From: an uncultured Chloroflexia bacterium
Lineage (GTDB): Bacteria > Chloroflexota > Chloroflexia > Thermomicrobiales > UBA6265
DNA: 64,000 nt
Direction: 5' to 3'
Assembly: GCA_963762985.1 (NCBI GenBank)
Contig: CAVXMK010000014.1
Span: 282,625 to 346,624, forward strand
Part shown: one piece after another, positions 53,407 to 62,805 of the stretch
Numbering within the stretch: the stretch's first letter is position 1
Layout: each line of letters opens with the position of its first letter
Program-made: the position numbers and the translations under genes
The notes under the pieces: generated by a model
The model's input: the letters and a program-made list of their open reading frames with translations, nothing else
Database searches by the model: none
What the model was told of the DNA's origin: nothing

Positions 53407-54526
53407 CTACACCGCATACCTAGCCACCACCTCTTCATCAATCTCGATCCCCAACCCCGGCCCCTCCGGCAGCGCCACCATCCCATCGACAACCGGAAAC
53501 CGCTCCACCGTCAGCAATTGGTTGAGCGCCGTCTCCTGCACGCAGTATTCGAGGAAAGTCGCGTGCGGCATGGCCCCGATGACGTGCAGCGACGCCGCCT
53601 TGATGATCCCGGTGCTCCAAGAGTGGGGCACCATCTGTACGCCCCGCAACTCGGCGAGCTGGGCGATGCGGACACACTCGGAGATGCCGCCGGCGCGGGT
53701 GACGTCCGGCTGGATGACGTCGACGCGGGCGCGTTCCATGAGCTGATCGAATCCCCAGCGCGTGGCATCCTCTTCGCCGCAGGCGATGCGCGTCTCGACG
53801 GCGTCGGCCAGCTTGCGGTAGCCCGCCACGTCGTCCGGCCAGAGCGGTTCCTCTACCCAGTACGGGCGGTACGGCTCGAAGCGGCGCACCTGCCGGATGG
53901 CGTGGTCGGCGTTCGGCCAGCCGAGCCCGATATCGAACATGAGGTCGACGTCGTCGCCGGCCGCCTCCCGCGCCGCCCGCACCAGCGCCACGTCGAGATC
54001 GGCATCCCGCCCGAACGGCCCCCAGCCAAGTTTCACCGCCGTGAAACCGCGCTCCACCAGCCCAGCGACGACCTTGCCATGTCTCTTCCGGGGTGTCCGG
54101 CATGAGCGTGCTGGCATAGGCCCGGATCGCCGTACGGTGCGGCCCGCCCAGCAGACGATGGATCGGCTGCCCCAGCGCCTTGCCCTTGATGTCCCACAGC
54201 GCGATGTCGATCCCGCTGATCGCGTGGATCGCCGGACCCTGGCGACCGTAGTAGATCGAGCCGCGGTAGAGCTTGTGCCACAGCCGGTCGATCTCCATCG
54301 GGTTCTCGCCGATCAGCAAATGGCGCAACCCGCTGGCGATGGCGTGCGACGGCGGCGCCTCCACGATGGCTTTCACCACCGGCGGCAGCGAATCGACCTC
54401 GCCGACGCCGGTGATCCCCTCATCCGTCTCGATGCGGATCAGCAACGCGTCCTGGCTGCCGTCCGCCTTGGACACGTCCATCGTCGGCTGCCGCAGGACG
54501 ATGGCCTGCACGTCCGTGATTATCAC
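53407..54526 (-). pseudogene. Enolase-superfamily enzyme (mandelate racemase/muconate lactonizing family) with a frame shift
   Basis: GTG 54526 after GGAG. DIALWDIKGKALGQPIHRLLGG in ORF 53438..54574. The frame breaks near 54073-54089 (GAAGAGACATGGCAAGG). It continues as HGKVVAGLVERGFTAVKLGWG..WVEEP..IACGEED..IQPDVTRAGGISE in ORF 53407..54117. Confidence 0.75.
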
Positions 54527-54567
54527 TGGTTCGCTCCGTCTGGGAGTGCAATCGCGTCTCACGATCC

Positions 54568-54658
54568 GTGTCATGCTGAGCCCGCGGGCGAAGCATCTCG
54601 GCTCAGGAGAACGACCGTTCCTCGTGACCGAGATGCTTCACTTCGTTCAGCATGACAC
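54568..54658. repeat. Full palindromic GTCATGCTGAGC..GCGAAGCATCTCGG / CCGAGATGCTTC..GTTCAGCATGAC element
   Basis: Arms at 54568-54601 and 54628-54658, between the RraA-like and enolase-family genes. Confidence 0.75.
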
Positions 54659-54699
54659 CGAGGTGGCGTCCCGGCACGCGGCATGCCACGTGGCGACCT

Positions 54700-55419
54700 C
54701 TAAAGAACGCCGAACCGGTCATACACATCCCGCAACAAATACCCCTCCTCCAACATCTGCCGGCTCGAATTCTCGGCCTGCACCTTCTCCAGTGCGGCCT
54801 GCACCGTCTCCTCCAGCCGATCCTGGGGGATGACCACCACCCCGTCGATGTCCGCGAAGATCACGTCGCCGGGGTACACCATCACCCCGCCGCACAACAC
54901 CGGGCAGTCGTAGTCGACGACGATGGAGCGAGACGAGGAATCGACCGGGCGAAACCCGGTGCAAAAGAGGGGAAACCCCATCTCCAGGATGCGTGCCACG
55001 TCGCGCGTGTGCCCGTCGATGAGGGCGCCCGCCGCGCCGCGCGCCCGCGCCGCCGTGGAGAGGAGTTCACCCCACAGGCAGGTCCGCTCCGACCCGTTCG
55101 TGGCCGCCACCATGACGTCCCCGGGTTTGAGCGAATCGACCGAGGCGATCTCTTTTTCGTACGGGTTCGCCGGCCGCTGGTAGATATCCGCGGTCAGCAC
55201 CGTGTGCGCCCGGCCAATCAGCCGCATGCGCGGCTCCAGCGGCCGGATGCGCGCGCTCATCGCCTGCTCCAGCAACCCCTGCCGATCGAGCACGTCCGAA
55301 ACGACCGCGGTGTAGAGCCGATCGCGCAGGATCTGGTGCCGGTCGTCTGATGGCTGCGAGGGCACGGCATGCCGTGCCCCTACCGACGGTTCTCCGCGAC
55401 TCTCCGTATCAGGCGGCAT
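54700..55419 (-). CDS. RraA-family protein (HMG/CHA aldolase-like)
   Basis: LYTAVVSDVLDRQG..., GDVMVAATNG, LWGELLSTAARARGAAGALIDGHTRD, GDVIFADIDGVVVIP. Start ATG 55419 overlaps the IclR stop by 11 nt. Confidence 0.8.
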   Translation of the reverse strand: MPPDTESRGEPSVGARHAVPSQPSDDRHQILRDRLYTAVVSDVLDRQGLLEQAMSARIRPLEPRMRLIGRAHTVLTADIYQRPANPYEKEIASVDSLKPGDVMVAATNGSERTCLWGELLSTAARARGAAGALIDGHTRDVARILEMGFPLFCTGFRPVDSSSRSIVVDYDCPVLCGGVMVYPGDVIFADIDGVVVIPQDRLEETVQAALEKVQAENSSRQMLEEGYLLRDVYDRFGVL

Positions 55420-56236
55420 TGTGGGCTCCCTCTTCTCTCTCGCGAATGCCGGCGGCTCGCTCGCCGCCAAAACGGTGCGACAACTCGTCGGCGACGGACA
55501 TCAGCGGTGGCGCCATGCGCGCGCAGGCCGGCAACGTGAAGCGGGGCGACGGGCCGGTGATGCTGATGGCGAAGAGCGGGTGGTTCCCCACCCCACGCAC
55601 GGCCACCCCCAGGCAACGCACCCCGATCGAGTCCTCCTCGTCGTCCAGGCTGTAGCCGCATCGTCGCGTTTGGCGCACCGCGTCCCAGATCGCATCCGGC
55701 GTGTTCACGGTGTAGGGCGGCTTCCGCTGCGTCCCCTGCTCGATGTAGGCGGCGACGAACGCATCGGGGCTGGCGGCCAGCATCGCCTTGCCCAGCGCCG
55801 TGCGGTGGGTGACGCCGCGGGTGCCGATGCGGGAAGAGACACCGACGTGCTCCAGACTCTCGATCTTGTCGACGTGGACGATGTCGAACCCGTCCAGCAC
55901 CCCGACGTGGACCGTTTCCCGCGATAGCTCGGAGAGGGGCACGAGCGCGGGCCGAATCTCGTCGAACAGCCCCCGCACCTGTACCGAGACGTGCGCCAAG
56001 CCCAGGAACTTGGTCGAGAGCCGATATCCCCCCTCCCCGGCGCGCTCCACCCACCCGTGCCGGATCAGCGTGTTGAGCAGGCGGTGCGCCGTGGTGCGGT
56101 TGACCCCACTGCGCGCGCCGATCTCCCGCGCCGACAGGGGCCGCGGCGTCAGCAGCAGCGTCTCGACGATGGCGAGCGCCTTGCCGACCGAGAGCACGGC
56201 CGAGGCGTCCTGAGGATCGCGGATCAATATCGCCAC
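55409..56236 (-). CDS. IclR-family transcriptional regulator
   Basis: N-terminal wHTH (SVGKALAIVETLLLTPRPLSAREIGARSGVNRTTAHRLLNTLIRHGWV) and a C-terminal IclR effector domain. Confidence 0.9.
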   Translation of the reverse strand: MAILIRDPQDASAVLSVGKALAIVETLLLTPRPLSAREIGARSGVNRTTAHRLLNTLIRHGWVERAGEGGYRLSTKFLGLAHVSVQVRGLFDEIRPALVPLSELSRETVHVGVLDGFDIVHVDKIESLEHVGVSSRIGTRGVTHRTALGKAMLAASPDAFVAAYIEQGTQRKPPYTVNTPDAIWDAVRQTRRCGYSLDDEEDSIGVRCLGVAVRGVGNHPLFAISITGPSPRFTLPACARMAPPLMSVADELSHRFGGERAAGIREREEGAHNAA

Positions 56237-56239
56237 CCT

Positions 56240-57253
56240 TCAACTCTCCCGCAGCCGGGGATCGAGCACGTCGCGCAGACCGTCGCCGAGGAAATTGAAC
56301 CCGAGCACCACGATCATGATGGCCAGCCCGGGGAAGATCGCCATCCAGGGCGAGATTTCCATGTAGGGGCGGGCCAGGTTGAGCATGCCGCCCCAGGCCG
56401 GCTCCGGCGGTTGTGTGCCGAGCCCGAGGAAGCTCAACGCCGCCTCGCTCAGGATTGCGCTCGACAAATAGACGCTGACCATCACGATCAGCGGGGCGAC
56501 GATGTTCGGCGCCACGTAGTGGCGCACCAGCCGCGCATTCGTGGCCCCGACCACCCGCCCGGCCTCGACGTACGGTTCGCTCATCACGGAGAGAACCGAC
56601 CCGCGCACGACCCGAGCGAACGCGGGGGCGAAGACGAAGCCGATGGCGATCATGGCGTTGGTGCGGCTGGCCCCCAGCAACCCGGCGATGACGATGGCCA
56701 GCACCAGCCCCGGAAAGGCGAACATGATGTCCACCCCCCGCATCAGCCAGGAATCGACCCGCCCCCCGAAAAACCCGGCGGCGATTCCGAAAACGCCGCC
56801 CACGAGCAAGGCGATGAAGACCGAGATGATCCCCACCTGCAACGACACCCGCGCCCCGAAGACGATGCGCGAGTAGGTGTCCCGTCCCAACTCGTCGGTC
56901 CCCATCAGGTTGGCCGGGTTCGGCGGCAGGAGCCGCTCGCTCTCCTGAGCGTCCGGGTCGTACGGGGCGATCAGCGGCGCGGCAATCGCCACGACGATGG
57001 TCACCAGCACGACAACCGCGCCGACGATGCCGATCGGGTTGCGCCAGCGGGGTGGCAGGATCCACCAGGGGCGATCGGGGCGAGCGACTAATCCCTCACC
57101 CCTCAACCGCCGCCCAGAGGGCACCCGGCTCCCGTGGGGCACGGGAGAGGGGGGCTTGTCGTACGCCGCAAACGGCGCACTCCCCTCTCCCCGCTCCGAG
57201 GGGCCGGGTGCCCTCTGGGCGGCGGCTGGGGGTGAGGGGCGTAACCTGCTCAT
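56240..57253 (-). CDS. ABC peptide/opine-type permease (DppC/OppC-like) with a repeat-encoded N-terminal extension
   Basis: Core LIAPYDP...LMGTDELGRDTYSRIVFGARVSL...EAALSFLGLG. The only canonical start upstream of TM1 is ATG 57253, in an ATGA overlap with the DppB-like stop. This places the repeat at 57093-57240 inside the ORF. Confidence 0.75.
   Translation of the reverse strand: MSRLRPSPPAAAQRAPGPSERGEGSAPFAAYDKPPSPVPHGSRVPSGRRLRGEGLVARPDRPWWILPPRWRNPIGIVGAVVVLVTIVVAIAAPLIAPYDPDAQESERLLPPNPANLMGTDELGRDTYSRIVFGARVSLQVGIISVFIALLVGGVFGIAAGFFGGRVDSWLMRGVDIMFAFPGLVLAIVIAGLLGASRTNAMIAIGFVFAPAFARVVRGSVLSVMSEPYVEAGRVVGATNARLVRHYVAPNIVAPLIVMVSVYLSSAILSEAALSFLGLGTQPPEPAWGGMLNLARPYMEISPWMAIFPGLAIMIVVLGFNFLGDGLRDVLDPRLRES
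57093..57240. repeat. Inverted pair of the GGGTGCCCTCTGGGCGGCGG-core element lying inside a coding frame
   Basis: CCCTCACCCCTCAACCGCCGCCCAGAGGGCACCCGG (reverse-complement copy) ... GGGCCGGGTGCCCTCTGGGCGGCGGCTGGGGGTGAGGGG (forward copy). Confidence 0.8.
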
Positions 57254-58200
57254 CCCTGCTTGATCCGCGGATCGAGGTACGCATACAGCACGTCGACACC
57301 AAGGTTGATCAACACAAACGCGGTCGCCAGATACAGCGTGGCCGCCTGCACCAGCGGGTAATCCCGATTGAAGATCGCTTGCAGCAAGGTGTACCCGACG
57401 CCATTGAGCCCGAAGATCACTTCCACGATCGCCGAGGCGCCCATCAGCGCCCCGAGCTGGAACCCGACGACGGTGATGACCGGGATGAGCGCGTTGCGCA
57501 GCCCGTGGCGGAAGACCACGGCCTGCTGGCGCAGCCCTTTTGCGCGCGCGGTGCGCACGAAATCCTGTCCGAGCACTTCGAGCATCGTCGTGCGCGTCAT
57601 GCGCATCTCGATGGCCATCAATGGGATGGCCAGGGCCAGCGCGGGCAGAAGCATCTGTTGCAGGTTGGCGACGGGATCCTCGAAGGGGGAGATGTAGCGC
57701 GTCCTGGGCACCCACCCGAACGCCTTCGAGGTGAACAGCAACATCAGGGTAGCGATCCAGAAACTCGGCAGCGACAACCCGATTAGCCCACCGACGCGGG
57801 CCGCAAAATCGAGTCCCGTATCCCGCTTGACCGCCGACACGACCCCGAGGGGGATGGCCACCAGGGTCGCCATCAGCGTGGCCAGCAGCGCCAACTCGAC
57901 CGTGACCGGCAGGCTCGCCACCAGCAGCTCCGCCACGGGCTGGCCCGAGCGCAAGGACGTGCCGGGGTCGCCTCGCAGCAGATTGCCCACCCAGCGGACG
58001 TACTGCACCGGAATGGGGTCGGCAAGACCCATCGCCTCCCGCAACCGTTCGCGGGCGGCCTCGCCGGCTTGGGGATCGGCCCCGACCATGATGTCGACGA
58101 TGTCGCCGGGCAGCAGCCGCAGCATGAGGAAGATGACCAGGCTCATGCCGATCAGGGTCGGGACGAGCAGCCCCAGCCGGCCCAGGATGTACTTGGCCAC
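57250..58200 (-). CDS. ABC peptide/opine-type permease (DppB/OppB-like)
   Basis: MAKYILGRLGLLVPTLIGMSLVIF..., ..RTARAKGL.., C-terminal YAYLDPRIKQG. Confidence 0.9.
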   Translation of the reverse strand: MAKYILGRLGLLVPTLIGMSLVIFLMLRLLPGDIVDIMVGADPQAGEAARERLREAMGLADPIPVQYVRWVGNLLRGDPGTSLRSGQPVAELLVASLPVTVELALLATLMATLVAIPLGVVSAVKRDTGLDFAARVGGLIGLSLPSFWIATLMLLFTSKAFGWVPRTRYISPFEDPVANLQQMLLPALALAIPLMAIEMRMTRTTMLEVLGQDFVRTARAKGLRQQAVVFRHGLRNALIPVITVVGFQLGALMGASAIVEVIFGLNGVGYTLLQAIFNRDYPLVQAATLYLATAFVLINLGVDVLYAYLDPRIKQG

Positions 58201-58226
58201 GAATCGCGACTCCGTCGCTGGGTGTC

Positions 58227-58306
58227 GGGGTAACAGGGTCTCAGGGTGTCAGGGGAACGAGTGTCGAACCCCCAGTCACCCTGACACCCTGAGACCCTGT
58301 TACCCC
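58227..58306. repeat. Perfect 28-bp-stem hairpin built from 8-nt units, between the SBP and permease genes
   Basis: GGGGTAACAGGGTCTCAGGGTGTCAGGG (58227-58254) pairs with CCCTGACACCCTGAGACCCTGTTACCCC (58279-58306), with a 24-nt loop. The right arm contains the SBP stop codon (58300-58302). Confidence 0.85.
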
Positions 58307-59943
58307 TCGCTCACGCACGCCGTGCGCAGGCCCGGGTTGAAGTCGGTGTAGGAGACGTACATGCCGTCAACGCGCTGGTTGGCGACCTGGAACTTCAACG
58401 GCTGCACGGTGTAGAGGTGCGCAACCTCCTCGGCGATGATCTGCTGGATGCGCTTGTAGGCTTCCATGCGCGCGGCCTGGTCCGCCGTCGCCAGCGCCTC
58501 GTCGTAGAGGCGGTCGATCTCCTCGTTGATCCAGCCGTCGCCGAACCACGTCACGTTGTTGGCGGTGCCGGAGCGGAAGTCGACCACGAAGCCGCTCGGA
58601 TCGCCGCGCATGCCGCGGCCGGTCGAGGCCCACTGGTAGGTCCCGGCGCCAATGTTCTCGGCGAAGGTGCCGATCTCCAGTGGCTCGACCGTGACGTTGA
58701 TGTTGAGTGGCCGCAGCCGCTCACGCACGATCTCCGCGATCTGGGTGAACTCGCGGGGTGCGGCGATCGCCTGCAACGTCACGTCGAACCCGTCGCCGAA
58801 ACCGGCTTCCTGCATCAAGGCCGTCGCTTGCTCGAGGTTCGGTGTGTAGTACTCGGCCAGCTCGTCCGCGGAGAGTGGCCACTCGCCGTAGCCCGGCGGA
58901 ATGGCGCCGGTCAGCTCGGCACTGCCGCCGTAGACATTGTCGATGATCTCCTGGCGGTCGACCGCCAGGTTGATCGCCTGCCGCACCCGCGCATCCCGCC
59001 ACGGAACGTCCTCGACGGTGTTGAACTGAATGACGCGCGGCGCGGCGAAGAGACCGGTCAGGATTTGCAGCGACTCATCGCCCTCCAGCGTGCTCGCCAC
59101 GTCTGGCGTCAAGGTCCCGCCGTCGATCTCGCCGGAGCGGAGCGCGGCCACGCGGGACTGCTCGTCGGGTAGGACCTTCAGGGTGACGTCGCGGATGCAC
59201 GGCACGCCCGCATTCCAGTGCTCCTCGTAGCAGGTGTAGACGACGCGGTCGTTTGGCACGTACTCGACCAGCCGGTAGGGACCGGTGCCGATCCCCTCGC
59301 TGAGCCAGTTGATCTCGTCGCCGATCCCGGCCGGCACGATGGGGGTGTAGCGTGTCCAGGCGATGACCCCCGGCAGCGTGGGATCGGGTTTCGACATGGT
59401 GATGGTGACGGTGTAGTCGTCGGTCGCCTCGACGCTGGCGATGTTGACAAAGTAGGGACCTTTGACACCTGGAGCCGGTGGCTCCATCGCCGTCTCAAAG
59501 GAGTAGACGACGTCGGCGGCGGTCATCTCCTGGCCGTTGTGGAACAGCACCCCTTGGCGCAGGGTGAAGACGTATTCCGTGGCATCCTCATTGACCTCGA
59601 ACGATTCGGCGAGCGCAGGTTGGATGGCCAGATCGCTGTCCCACGCCAGCAGCGAGTCGTACATCAGCTCCTTGCCCCACATGTTGGACGTGGAGACACC
59701 GCCGTAGGGGATGAGGTTGGCCGGGTCCGAATCGAGCGCCCAAGTGATCGATCCCGTGCACATCGCGCCCGCCGTCGGGGTGCTCTCCTGGTGTGCCCCG
59801 GCCGGCGATGCCGCGCCGAGGAGCGCTGACCCGGCTGGGATGGCGATACCCAGCGCGGCGGCTCGCCGCAGGAGTGTGCGCCGATCCACGTGCCCCCGGA
59901 GGAACGCGCTGAGCAAGGCCATCCCGTCGTCGCGATGGATCAT
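58300..59943 (-). CDS. ABC transporter substrate-binding protein, family 5, with RR leader
   Basis: AAGGGAG precedes ATG 59943. Leader VDRRTLLRRAAALGIAIPAGSALLGAASPAGA. Family-5 SBP core (ATEYVFTLRQGVLFHNGQEMTAADVVYSFE). Confidence 0.9.
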   Translation of the reverse strand: MIHRDDGMALLSAFLRGHVDRRTLLRRAAALGIAIPAGSALLGAASPAGAHQESTPTAGAMCTGSITWALDSDPANLIPYGGVSTSNMWGKELMYDSLLAWDSDLAIQPALAESFEVNEDATEYVFTLRQGVLFHNGQEMTAADVVYSFETAMEPPAPGVKGPYFVNIASVEATDDYTVTITMSKPDPTLPGVIAWTRYTPIVPAGIGDEINWLSEGIGTGPYRLVEYVPNDRVVYTCYEEHWNAGVPCIRDVTLKVLPDEQSRVAALRSGEIDGGTLTPDVASTLEGDESLQILTGLFAAPRVIQFNTVEDVPWRDARVRQAINLAVDRQEIIDNVYGGSAELTGAIPPGYGEWPLSADELAEYYTPNLEQATALMQEAGFGDGFDVTLQAIAAPREFTQIAEIVRERLRPLNINVTVEPLEIGTFAENIGAGTYQWASTGRGMRGDPSGFVVDFRSGTANNVTWFGDGWINEEIDRLYDEALATADQAARMEAYKRIQQIIAEEVAHLYTVQPLKFQVANQRVDGMYVSYTDFNPGLRTACVSEG

Positions 59944-60202
59944 GGGGTCTCCCTTCTTCGCCGAATGGATCGCTCCCGACCCCGAGCAGGGCCGGTGTCG
60001 TCTGAGGCTCACACCGCTTCGTGTTCACGACGTGGACACACCGCGGCATTTTGTACCGATCGTGGACAGCTTACGGGGAGGCGTGCTGGGTGTCAACAGT
60101 CACGTCTCCGCACCCAAACACGGTGTCATGCCGACCGCCGCGAGGCACCTCGTCCCATAGCGCATCAGCGTATCGAAAAAACCGGCGGCCACTGGCCCTG
60201 CG

Positions 60203-62662
60203 CTAGCGCAGTCCCTGCTCAGTAGCGATCGCCGCAAGTTGGACGCGGCTGTCGACCCCCAGTTTGTTGAGGAGCGAGGCGACGTGGGTCTTGACGGTGT
60301 TCGGCGAGACGAAGAGCGCCTCGGCGATCGCTTTGTTCGTCCGCCCCTCCGCCACCAGCGCCAGCACTTCCCGTTCCCGGGGACTCAGGAGACTGGCGGG
60401 CTGCCAGGCATGGTCTCCACCCAGTGCCGGCGGAGTGAGGGCGAGGTGTCCATCGTCGAGCGCGGTCAGGAGCTCGTCGACGATCTCGGCCCCGGTGAGC
60501 GCCCGTCCCGTGGCCTCGGCAGCCGCGAAGGCGGTCTAACCCAACGTCTCGTGGGCCGCGGCGACCGCCTCTTCAAGGACGGCTCGGTCCTGGGAGGTGC
60601 TGGACCGGGCGATAAAACTGCGTCCGCCGAGCTCGATCGACCGCGCCTCCAGGGTGGTGATGCCGGCCCCCAGGCGCGCGGCCTGCTCCGCGGGGAGCTG
60701 CTTCGCCAGGAGCACCGCCGCTATCCAGGGCACAACGCTGATGATCACCGGGTCGGTGGACAGCTCACGTGCCAGCACGAGCGCCTCCCGCAGGACGGCC
60801 GCCGCGGCCGGGGCGTCGACTTCGACAAGCAACCGCGCACGGCCAGCGAGCAGCACGGCCAAGCCGCGCTGAAACTCCGCCGCCCGCAGCCGCGCTACCG
60901 GTTCCTCGAGTTCGCCCAGTAGATGTTCCCGCTCCCGCGGGCTGCCGTGCGGTCCGATGGCGAACTGGACGCGGTGAATGAAGGCGTAGCCAATCAGCCG
61001 CCCATCGTCAGCCGCGCGGGCCAGGGCGAGTTCCTCGGCCACGAGCGCGTGAGCGCGGGCGACGTCGCCGTGGGCGTAGACCAAGGTGCCCAACTGGCCG
61101 AGCACGCGCGCCGCCAGGGTGGTGTCCCCTGCTGCCTTGGCGGCTGCCAGACTCTCCTCGTAATGGGTGATCGCGCCATCGTCGTCGGACCAGTGCCCAA
61201 TGAGTCCCGCTGCCGCGAGGAGCCGCGCCCGCAGCGCCGGGGCGAGCTCGGACGAGCGCGGCAGCGCCGCTGCGATCCGCCGTGCTCCCTCCCGCAGGTA
61301 GCCGCGGAACAGCCAGAAGAGCGCCAGTGCCGCCACCAACCGCCCCTCGGCTTCGGCATCGCCGCGGGTGATCGCCCAGTCGTGGGCCAGGCGCAGGTTG
61401 TCGATCTCACGACCCAGCAGGTCGAGCCAGACTTCCTCGTCCGGGCCCCACATGGCGCGCTCCGCCCGCTCCGCCAGCGCCACGTAATAGGTCAGATGGA
61501 GGTCCTGCGTTGCCTCCGCTTCGCCACTCGCGGTGAGCCGCTCCAGCGCGTACTCGCGAATGGTCCGCAAGTGCCCGAAGCGAGCCTCTTCGCCCGTTCC
61601 CCGCGGCACGCTCACCAGGTGCTTATCCACGAGCCCCTGCAAGACCTCCAGCGGGTCAGCCTCGAGCTCGTTCGTCGCGGCCACGACGGTGGCTGCTTCC
61701 AGGGTGAATCCCCCGGCGAAGACGCCAAGCCGGCGGAAGACCGCTTGCTCCACTGGGCTCAACAAGGCAAGGCTTCCGTCGAGCGTGGCGCGCAGCGTCC
61801 GCTGGCGTGGGGGCAGGTCGGGGGAATCCCACCGCAGCACGGCGAGACCGTGCTCCACCCGCGCCGCGAGCGCCGCCGGGTCCAGGAGCCGGGTCCGCGC
61901 GGCGGCGAGCTCCAATGCCAGCGGCAGCCCGTCCAGCCGGCGGCAGAGCTCGCTCACGGCGTCCGCGTTGCCAGGCTCCAGGGCGAAGGAGGCGTCGGCG
62001 GCGCTGGCGCGCTCCACGAACAGGGCGACTGCCGGCGACTTCGCTATCTCCGCGACCCCCCGCGCCGAGTCTCGGATGCCTACCGGGGGCTCGGCAACGG
62101 CCAAGGGCGGCACCACGACGATGTGCTCCCGCCGCAAGTGGAGCGGCTCCCGGCTGGTGGTCAGCACCGTCAGGTTCGCACAGGCAGCGATGAGCGCGTC
62201 GACGGCCGGGGCGGCACTGAGGAGATGCTCGCAGTTATCGAGGATCAGCAGCACGGAGCGGCCGTCAAGGTGGGCCCGCAGCGCCCCAGGCGGCTCCAGC
62301 GCGGGATCCTCGCGGATCCCGAGCGTGGCCGCGACCGTTGGCAGGACGAGTCCGGCGTCGGCGAGGGGAGCGAAGTCGACGAACCAGATCCCATCGGGAA
62401 AGGCGTCGAGCGCCGCCTCCGCCGCGGCCAGTGCCAGCCGGGTCTTGCCGACGCCGCCGGGCCCGGTCAACGTCAGGAGGCGAACGTCCCCACGCCGCAG
62501 GAGGTCAACGACGAGCGCGATCTCCCCCTCCCGGCCGATCAGGCGGGTCGGTTGAGGGGGGAGGTTGTGGCGGGCAGGCGTCTGGGCCGACCAGACGATG
62601 GCCGCCAGGGCGGGAGCTTGCCGGGCGCCGGGCGCGGCGGCAGACGTGCTGGGCAAGTCCAT
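60203..62662 (-). pseudogene. LuxR-family regulator (AAA ATPase - TPR - LuxR HTH) with an in-frame TAG separating the HTH
   Basis: ORF 60536..62662 (Walker A GPGGVGKTRLA, TPR region) ends ..AAAHETLG-TAG. The same frame continues without stops for 110 codons. It encodes TAFAAAEATGRAL...LSPREREVLALVAEGRTNKAIAEALFVSPNTVKTHVASLLNKLGV, stop at 60203-60205. Confidence 0.8.
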
Positions 62663-62805
62663 CTCGGACCTCGACCCCGGTCTTGCCGCGCGGCCGGGGC
62701 GCCGTGATGCGCGGCTGACGCGGGAGGGAAGTCTACCCTTTTTCCGCGAGATGTTCGTTTGTTGAGCATCACTGCCGCCGGCGTGGTCCGCGTCGAGGCG
62801 AAGGA

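Noticed and set aside
60536-60538. In-frame TAG as pyrrolysine or programmed readthrough.
   Set aside because: No pyl genes or recoding signals are visible, and the lineage and gene type make this improbable. A simple nonsense mutation or base-call error is the economical explanation.
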